Of a DNA stretch of 13,125 bases, positions 7,538-13,125 are shown in pieces; the first letter of the stretch is position 1, and each line of letters starts with the position of its first letter. The DNA comes from Candidatus Fraserbacteria bacterium. GTDB lineage: Bacteria > Bipolaricaulota > Bipolaricaulia > RBG-16-55-9. The translations under genes and the position numbers were made by a program. The notes under the pieces were generated by a model. That model was not told the DNA's origin. It made no database searches and saw only the letters and a program-made list of their open reading frames with translations. Location of the stretch: positions 1 to 13,125 of the forward strand of contig JBBIPG010000064.1 in NCBI GenBank assembly GCA_037442925.1, written 5' to 3'.

Positions 7538-8202
7538 CGCAGCGTCGCCAGAGCGATCCCGACTACGGCGAACAGCAGCCCCGCGATCCCGATGATGCGA
7601 TTGGCCAAAATTTGCTGATTCATCTGGGCCACCGTCTCTTCCGAAGTCGTTGACGACTTGATCTGGAACTGCGTCACTTGGTTCTTGAGATCCCGCATCG
7701 TCTGTTGATCTTGCTGAACCTGGGTGCGCAGCTCCTGGATCTCCTTCGATTGCAGCTCCAAGGTGCGAATGCGTTCTGCGAGCGCGGGATCCATCTGGGG
7801 GTTCGTGTTCTTGATGGCTTCGACCTCACCACCCAGTTGCTGGAGTCGATCGGAGATCTTGAAAATCAAGTCTTGCAGTACTTTGAGGTCTTCCGATGGA
7901 ATCTGTGAGGATGCTCCTGTGCCGTTCTTCTCCAGATAGTGCAGAGCACGGCTCAGCAGCGTGGCAACTTCATAGCGGCTGGGAGAGCGGTCGCCCTGGA
8001 ACTGACCATTGGGAAGACCCTGAATGATGCCGCGCTCGAGCAAGTACTTGAGATTGTCCGCCGCCCAGTGATCCGCCGGGACATCGGTGAAGACGCCAGC
8101 AGTCCCAGTCTGTACTGGGCCGTCCGCATGCGTCAGAGTGCTGAGTCCCGTAATGAAGAGTACCAAGACGACCAAAGTCCAACGTGTCACGAATCCTCTC
8201 AC
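7534..8202 (-). CDS. Secreted S-layer-homology (SLH) domain protein with coiled coil and C-terminal hydrophobic anchor (Omp-alpha-like)
   Basis: Signal peptide ending ...[17 protein letters not shown]...L..RGIIQG.P.G.FQG....SRYEVA..L.R; about 100 aa of Q/E/K/L-rich heptads; C-terminal [20 protein letters not shown]. Strong AGGAGG upstream of the GTG. Confidence 0.9.
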   Translation of the reverse strand: MRGFVTRWTLVVLVLFITGLSTLTHADGPVQTGTAGVFTDVPADHWAADNLKYLLERGIIQGLPNGQFQGDRSPSRYEVATLLSRALHYLEKNGTGASSQIPSEDLKVLQDLIFKISDRLQQLGGEVEAIKNTNPQMDPALAERIRTLELQSKEIQELRTQVQQDQQTMRDLKNQVTQFQIKSSTTSEETVAQMNQQILANRIIGIAGLLFAVVGIALATLR

Positions 8203-8321
8203 GACCGTATCACCCTCCTAAGGGAAACATCGTGACCAAGATAGGGGAGAGGGTCATCCCAGGGGAAGGCCACTTGTCCCCTGAGGGAGTCATATCGTGC
8301 ACTTGTGTTGCGCGAGAGAGC

Positions 8322-9098
8322 TCAGGGAGGGCTACCGAAATAGCCGTTCATGAAGCCGATGCGACTTACGGGCCACACACGCAGGAAAGGCTCTCCAATA
8401 AAGTCTTTTTCGTCCGCGAAGCCCCAATACCGGCTATCGGAGCTGTTGGTGGTGTTGTCTCCTAAGACGAAATAGTGCCCTGGGGGAACGGTCCAACTGC
8501 ATCCCTCGGGTGAACGCAAGGCCGGTTCGATTCGTTGTTCCGCATTGCTGCAGATATAGTCGCGATCAAAGGCGGGATCTGTCTGCAACTCTCCGTTGAT
8601 GTAGATCTGGCCTTGGCGAATGGTGACCGTCTGATTTCCCACGGCGATCAGGCGCTTTACATAGCGTTCTCGACAGGGTTTGGGGTCACCCCAGCGCCAT
8701 TCCCAAGGTCCCAGCTGAAATCCGTCGCGGCAGGAGCGACCACTCTCCGTATGCCAGAAGACAATGATATCCCCGGGCTGAGGCTTCTTAAGACCCAAAA
8801 GATACGAGAACTTATCGACGAAGAAACTGTCGCCCTCAAGGATCGTGGGGATCATCGAGCCGGTGGGCACGCGCATCCGGACCATACCGAAGCTCATCGT
8901 GCCCCAGGCGAGCAGCCCCGCAATGAGGATCACTTGGAGCCAATCGAGTGCCCAATCGACTCCGGGGCTGGTGGGGATGCGCAGGGCATTAAGAAATCGC
9001 GCGAGAAGGGGTTTGGATCGAGGGACCTCCGGCGGAGACGGAGGAGTAAGAAGAGTCTCTGGCTCCTCAAGTGGCGTGCGCTCCATCTCTTCCGACAT
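8322..9098 (-). CDS. lepB: Signal peptidase I
   Basis: One TM segment, VPTGSMIPT (Ser81), GDIIVF, YVKR (Lys148), YFVLGDN..NS.DSRYWG. Confidence 0.96.
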   Translation of the reverse strand: MSEEMERTPLEEPETLLTPPSPPEVPRSKPLLARFLNALRIPTSPGVDWALDWLQVILIAGLLAWGTMSFGMVRMRVPTGSMIPTILEGDSFFVDKFSYLLGLKKPQPGDIIVFWHTESGRSCRDGFQLGPWEWRWGDPKPCRERYVKRLIAVGNQTVTIRQGQIYINGELQTDPAFDRDYICSNAEQRIEPALRSPEGCSWTVPPGHYFVLGDNTTNSSDSRYWGFADEKDFIGEPFLRVWPVSRIGFMNGYFGSPP

Positions 9099-9107
9099 GG
9101 CTCCAAC

Positions 9108-9458
9108 TCAACGGGCACCCTGGCGCCGCAGATAGAAGAGTCGTGCGCGACGGGCCCGCTGCTGCTCCACCAGCTCGATCTGAACGATCTTGGGGGAATG
9201 CAGAGGGAAGATCTTCTCTACGCCGATTCCGAATGACTCCTTACGCACGGTGAGCATCTTCGAGATTCCACGGCCCCGGACTTGCAGGACGACCCCTTCG
9301 AAGACTTGAACGCGCTCTCTATGTTCTTCTCCTGCGGCCTCCATGACCCGCTCGTGTACTCGGACAATATCGCCAGGCCGGAAGGCAGGATACTGCTGTT
9401 TCTCGGTTGAAACGGTAGCGCGAAGCTCCTCGGTGAGGGCATCTATCTTCTGGTGCAT
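9108..9458 (-). CDS. rplS: 50S ribosomal protein L19
   Basis: [46 protein letters not shown]. Confidence 0.98.
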   Translation of the reverse strand: MHQKIDALTEELRATVSTEKQQYPAFRPGDIVRVHERVMEAAGEEHRERVQVFEGVVLQVRGRGISKMLTVRKESFGIGVEKIFPLHSPKIVQIELVEQQRARRARLFYLRRQGAR

Positions 9459-9488
9459 AGTCTTATCTGCTCCTGGTTCTCTTGTGTT

Positions 9489-10052
9489 TCATTCGCGGCG
9501 GCCGCGCAGGCGATCCAAGATGATGGCTGCGGCAGCGCGCACCGAGAGATGATTGTATTCCCCTGACCCCCAGACAGGGGGCAACAGGGCATCTACCCGT
9601 TCGATGACTTCGTTGGCCAGACCCCATCCGGTGCCGAATAGAATATATACCGGCTCCCGTTCTTGCTCGATCTTTGCCCTCAGCCTCTCATAACTAATCT
9701 GCTCTTTGTTGAGGCAGCGCGCTGAGGTTCCGATCATGAGGGGTCGGACCCCTTCTTCCATCAATATGTGCCGAAAACTGTCCTCTAGGGTAGCAACTAT
9801 CATCACTTGTTGCAAGGCCTCAGCGCGGTGGGTAGGATCACATTCCTTGAGCTCTAGCCAGTATTGCTGTATGCGTCGGGCAATCTCGCGCTGCGACACG
9901 AGGGGCGTAATGACGTAGTACTGTTGCACATCGTACGTGTGGGCCGTGCGTGCCAAGTCGTGAATGTCCAGCCCCGTGAGGGCAGTCGCGACGGTTCTAC
10001 CCTCGCGGCTGAGCACAGGGTAGTGCACAAGGCCAATGTAGAGATTTCCCAT
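9489..10052 (-). CDS. SPOUT-class SAM-dependent RNA methyltransferase (Tm1570 / Methyltrn_RNA_4-like)
   Basis: LYIGLVHYPV....G.....A.T.LDIHD.AR...TY....YYV..P...Q, TSAR, FGTGWGL and YNHLSVRAAAAIILDRL; its ATG overlaps the trmD stop (TAATG). Confidence 0.92.
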   Translation of the reverse strand: MGNLYIGLVHYPVLSREGRTVATALTGLDIHDLARTAHTYDVQQYYVITPLVSQREIARRIQQYWLELKECDPTHRAEALQQVMIVATLEDSFRHILMEEGVRPLMIGTSARCLNKEQISYERLRAKIEQEREPVYILFGTGWGLANEVIERVDALLPPVWGSGEYNHLSVRAAAAIILDRLRGRRE

Positions 10053-10729
10053 TATTTCAGTAAGTCCGGTCGGTTCCTGCGGGTCTTTTCTAAAGCCTGC
10101 TCCCAGCGCCAGCGTTCAATGGCCCCATGATCGCCAGAAAGAAGTACCTCAGGTACTTTCATGCCCCGGAAGTCAGGAGGTCGAGTATACTGCGGTGGTC
10201 CGAGCAGGCCCTGCTGGGCAAAAGAATCCGTCTCCAGCGATTCAAGGTTTCCTACAACTCCGGGTACCAGTCGGCAGATCGCTTCCGTCACAACGAGTGC
10301 TGGCAGCTCGCCCCCGCTTACGACATAATCGCCGATGGAGATTTCATCGGTGGTAAGAGTCGTCACGCGTTCGTCAATCTCTTGATAGCGGCCGCACAGC
10401 AACAGCAAACACTCTTCGCTGGAGAGTTCGCGAGCCAATTCCTGAGAGAAGAGCCGTCCGCGGGCGGACAGAAGGATGACCCGAGCCTGGTGGGGTAGCT
10501 CCTTCTGAATCGCTTCTGCGGCAGCAAAGAATGGCTCCGGCTTGAGAATCATTCCAGGGCCTCCGCCATACGGGCGATCATCGACCTGACGGTGCTTGTC
10601 GGTGGTGTAATCCCGCAGTTGGTGGATGTGAATCTCCAGAAGGCCGCGCTCTTGTGCCGTCTTCAGCAAGCCCCCTCCAAAGTACGGTTCGATCAACTCC
10701 GGAAAGAGGGTGACGATGTCCACGCGCAT
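10052..10729 (-). CDS. trmD: tRNA (guanine-N1)-methyltransferase TrmD, with non-canonical motif residues
   Basis: DIVTLFPE, VDDRPYGGGPGM, LCGRY..IDERV, EISIGDYV.SGGE, RLVPGV.G, DSF, YTRP, VPEVLLSGDH..I..WR, T...RPDLL. Confidence 0.96.
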   Translation of the reverse strand: MRVDIVTLFPELIEPYFGGGLLKTAQERGLLEIHIHQLRDYTTDKHRQVDDRPYGGGPGMILKPEPFFAAAEAIQKELPHQARVILLSARGRLFSQELARELSSEECLLLLCGRYQEIDERVTTLTTDEISIGDYVVSGGELPALVVTEAICRLVPGVVGNLESLETDSFAQQGLLGPPQYTRPPDFRGMKVPEVLLSGDHGAIERWRWEQALEKTRRNRPDLLK

Positions 10730-10741
10730 GGTCGGATCTGA

Positions 10742-11026
10742 TTAGTCAGAGGCAGGAGAACGACGGCGGCCGGAGCGGCGTTTCGACTCATCGACCATGT
10801 CGATGATGACCTCGCGCCCTTGGCGGGCGGCGACCGCTTCCATGACCCGACGGATGTCTTCGATGGTCTGGCCGTGTTTGCCCAGAATTCGCCCGACATC
10901 TCCTCGGCCTGCCCGCACATAGAAGATGCTTACCTCAGGTGTCTCCACACAATCCAGACGAACTCCGTGTGGGTTGTCCACCAAAGATTGTACAAGGTAA
11001 GCCAAAAGCTCCCGAAGCACGCTCAT
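10742..11026 (-). CDS. khpA: Single KH-domain RNA-binding protein (KhpA/YlqC family)
   Basis: MSVLRELLAYLVQSLVDNP..V...D.GRILGKHG.TI..IR with the GxxG loop; canonical position after rpsP. True start taken as ATG 11026; the longer track ORF to 11185 overlaps rpsP. Confidence 0.92.
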   Translation of the reverse strand: MSVLRELLAYLVQSLVDNPHGVRLDCVETPEVSIFYVRAGRGDVGRILGKHGQTIEDIRRVMEAVAARQGREVIIDMVDESKRRSGRRRSPASD

Positions 11027-11048
11027 GAACGAGCCGGATACTTGGTAC

Positions 11049-11336
11049 TTACGACGTGGGAGATGCGGGAGCTGAGCCGTGCTTCTCGCGTGCGAGTTGG
11101 GCCATGACGCCGAGCCGGGAGAGCAACGCGCGCGTGGTCTGCGTAGGCTGAGCGCCCTTCTTGAGCCAGTCGAGAGCGCGTCCATTGTCCACAGCCAGTT
11201 CCTCCGTTCGTGGGTTATAGGCTCCCAGGTCGTCTACGACCCGGGTGTCGCGCGGCTTGGCCTCGTCCACGACGACCACGCGAAACGATGTCTGTCCACG
11301 CCGCCCGGTTCGCTTGAGTCGAATCTTCGCTGCCAT
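11049..11336 (-). CDS. rpsP: 30S ribosomal protein S16
   Basis: KIRLKR.G......FRVVV.D...PRD......LG.YNP, WL..GAQPT.T...LL...G. AAAGGAG fits the second ATG (11336) better than 11339. Confidence 0.97.
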   Translation of the reverse strand: MAAKIRLKRTGRRGQTSFRVVVVDEAKPRDTRVVDDLGAYNPRTEELAVDNGRALDWLKKGAQPTQTTRALLSRLGVMAQLAREKHGSAPASPTS

Positions 11337-11410
11337 CATGCTCCTTTCGTTGAGAAGACTATCTCGATTTCGCTGCCATCAAGCACTTTGGGAATCCTAA
11401 GACTCCATGG

Positions 11411-11439
11411 AGTATACCTTCTGGGGGTTAAAACGGCCA
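11411..11439 (-). promoter_or_regulatory. Candidate internal promoter for the rpsP-khpA-trmD-rplS genes
   Basis: Minus strand TGGCCG (11439-11434), 17 bp spacer, TATACT (11416-11411), spanning the ffh stop. Confidence 0.5.
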
Positions 11440-12741
11440 GCCTCCTTGGGGAAGCCGTCCCCCCAGCTTCTTCATCTTCTTCATCATCACCTTGGCTTCC
11501 GCAAAGCGTTTTAGCAATCTATTTATGTCGCTCACTTGCGTACCCGACCCTTTGGCAATCCGCTTCTTGCGGCTCCCGTTCAAGACTTCCGGGTGACGTC
11601 GCTCTTGCGGGGTCATCGACTGAATGATCGCTTGCACTCTGGTCAGTTCACGTTCATCGATCTGCACTTGACCCTTGATACCACTCACGCCTGGCAGCTT
11701 CTCCAGCAATTTATCGAGCGGGCCCAGACTGCGAACTTGCTCCAGCTGTTCTTGAAAGTCTTCGAGCGTAAAACGTTCTTTCTCGAGCTTCTTGGCGAAG
11801 TCTTCCGCCTTCTTCTGATCGATCTTCTTCTCGACTTCTTCAATCAAGCTCAGCACATCGCCCATGCCCAGAATTCGTTGGGACAACCGGTCTGGATGGA
11901 AAGCCTCGATATCATCGAGTTTTTCGCCGACGCCCAGAAAGACGATGGGTTTTCCGGTGACTTCCACCATGGAAAGAGCAGCACCGCCTCGGGCGTCACC
12001 GTCCATCTTCGTAAGAATGATTCCCGTGAGTCCCAAGCGCGCGTTGAACGCCTCTGCGATGGAAACGGCCTCTTGGCCTGTCATGGCATCAGCCACCAAC
12101 AAGATCTCGCTGGGATTGAGGCTGGTCTTCATCTCGACCAGTTCATTCATGAGTTCTTCATCGATCTGAAGTCGCCCCGCCGTATCGATCATGAGGATGT
12201 CCGCGGCTTGTTGTTTGGCTTGGCTTAGTGAGCCTTGAGCGATCTCTAGGGCTGTCTCGCCTTGAGCGTGCACCGGAACGTTTAACTGTGATCCCAATTG
12301 CTTGAGCTGCTCTATGGCCGCCGGGCGCCGTATGTCCGTGGCGGCGAGCAGCAGGCGCTTGCCCTGGCGAGCATAATGCTTGGCAAGTTTTCCCACTGTG
12401 GTCGTCTTGCCTGACCCCTGAAGACCCACCATCATCCAGACGGCCGGACGTTGATCGGTGCTGAGCTCCGCTTTCTCTTTGCCCATGAGTGCAGTCAGCT
12501 CATCGCGCACGATTCTTATGATCTGCTGGCTCGGATTAAGACTCTCGATGATGGCCTGTCCCAAGGCTTTGGCGCGCACCTCATCCACAAAGTGTTTGAC
12601 GACTTTGTAGTTGACGTCGGCTTCCAGAAGCGCGCGACGCACTTCCCTTAGGCCCTCGTCCAGATCTTTCTCGGTGAGTCTTCCCTTGCGCTTGAGTGCC
12701 GTTAAGATGGAATTGAGTCGTTGGCTTAATGCATCCAACAT
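11428..12741 (-). CDS. ffh: Signal recognition particle protein Ffh (SRP54)
   Basis: ALLEADVN, GLQGSGKTTT, DTAGR, DAMTGQ, TKMDGDARGGAALS, RILGMGD, M-domain IIQSMT..ER and SR..RIAKGSG. GGAGGT ribosome-binding site. Confidence 0.99.
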   Translation of the reverse strand: MLDALSQRLNSILTALKRKGRLTEKDLDEGLREVRRALLEADVNYKVVKHFVDEVRAKALGQAIIESLNPSQQIIRIVRDELTALMGKEKAELSTDQRPAVWMMVGLQGSGKTTTVGKLAKHYARQGKRLLLAATDIRRPAAIEQLKQLGSQLNVPVHAQGETALEIAQGSLSQAKQQAADILMIDTAGRLQIDEELMNELVEMKTSLNPSEILLVADAMTGQEAVSIAEAFNARLGLTGIILTKMDGDARGGAALSMVEVTGKPIVFLGVGEKLDDIEAFHPDRLSQRILGMGDVLSLIEEVEKKIDQKKAEDFAKKLEKERFTLEDFQEQLEQVRSLGPLDKLLEKLPGVSGIKGQVQIDERELTRVQAIIQSMTPQERRHPEVLNGSRKKRIAKGSGTQVSDINRLLKRFAEAKVMMKKMKKLGGRLPQGGWPF

Positions 12742-12762
12742 CGCTTCTACCTCCGTTTGATT

Positions 12763-13125
12763 CTAGCTTGTCCGTTCCGCCTTGGCCATCTGTTCATCGA
12801 GAAAGCGGGTCGTGGTTTGTCCTGCAATGAAGGTGGGATGCTCTAGAACCTCAAGGCACAGTTCACGTGTTGTGGCCAGTCCCTCCAGGTCAAGGCGTCG
12901 AAGCGCGTTGATCATCCTTACTCGCGCTCGTTGTCGATCTTCGGCATGGGTGATCACTTTGGCCAGGAGTGAGTCGTAATGCGGGCTGATCTCGATGCTG
13001 TCATGGATGTGCGAATCGATGCGAACGCCGGGACCTCCCGGCCAGCTTCTGACTTGTAGGCGGCCGCTGGAGGGTATGAAGTTGCGAGAGGGGTCTTCGG
13101 CGTTGATGCGGCATTCGATGGCATG
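12763..13125 (-). CDS. accC: Biotin carboxylase subunit (AccC-like), C-terminal part; starts beyond the right edge
   Basis: Hand translation from 13125: HAIECRINAEDPSRNFIPSSG...PGGPGVRIDSH......ISPHYDSLLAKVI.HAEDR..A..RM..AL......GL.T.....L..L.HP.F..G..TT.FL. It ends right after the BC domain, so it is a stand-alone subunit. Which acyl-CoA or pyruvate carboxylase it serves cannot be determined here. Confidence 0.92.
   Translation of the reverse strand, partial: HAIECRINAEDPSRNFIPSSGRLQVRSWPGGPGVRIDSHIHDSIEISPHYDSLLAKVITHAEDRQRARVRMINALRRLDLEGLATTRELCLEVLEHPTFIAGQTTTRFLDEQMAKAERTS

Noticed and set aside
8199..8324. Open frame continuing about 40 codons past the lepB TGA (possible readthrough or selenocysteine)
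   Set aside because: LepB is complete at the TGA, the position is not catalytic, and no SECIS-like hairpin directly follows the codon.
8535..9236. 233-aa plus-strand ORF opposite lepB and rplS
   Set aside because: Antisense shadow with no motifs.
11027..11185. 53-aa N-terminal extension of the KH protein in the ORF track
   Set aside because: Overlaps rpsP out of frame; family similarity begins at Met 11026.
11079..12228. 182-aa and 230-aa plus-strand ORFs opposite rpsP and ffh
   Set aside because: Antisense shadows of highly conserved genes.
1..13125. Mobile element, prophage, CRISPR array, defence system, tRNA or SRP RNA
   Set aside because: No integrase or transposase motifs, repeat-spacer periodicity or cloverleaf seen. 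Nearly all bases belong to recognisable CDSs, and the gaps (at most 119 nt) show no recognisable RNA family by eye.

Overview
Gene-dense bacterial chromosomal segment, almost all core functions. I see no mobile element, CRISPR array, tRNA or rRNA. Left, minus strand: a tightly packed four-gene cluster of an amidohydrolase_2-type TIM-barrel enzyme, a divergent DASS/SLC13 transporter, a tandem universal stress protein and a CPA2 cation:proton antiporter that runs off the left edge. It is divergent from a plus-strand run panB-panE-tig-clpP, with no clpX after clpP. Right, minus strand and converging on clpP: biotin carboxylase 3' end (off the right edge), ffh, rpsP, khpA, trmD, a Tm1570-like SPOUT methyltransferase, rplS, lepB, and a secreted SLH/coiled-coil/C-terminal-helix protein built like Thermotoga Omp-alpha. 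rimM is missing from its usual slot. The gene content suggests a deep-branching lineage such as Bipolaricaulota or a relative; this is inference only. I cannot support a wholly new multi-gene system. The best leads are the short Omp-alpha-like envelope tether, a TrmD with several altered active-site motif residues coupled to a second SPOUT enzyme, the transporter cluster with both SNT motifs replaced, and a trigger factor with an eroded PPIase domain. All family calls come from motif recognition by eye, not from database searches.
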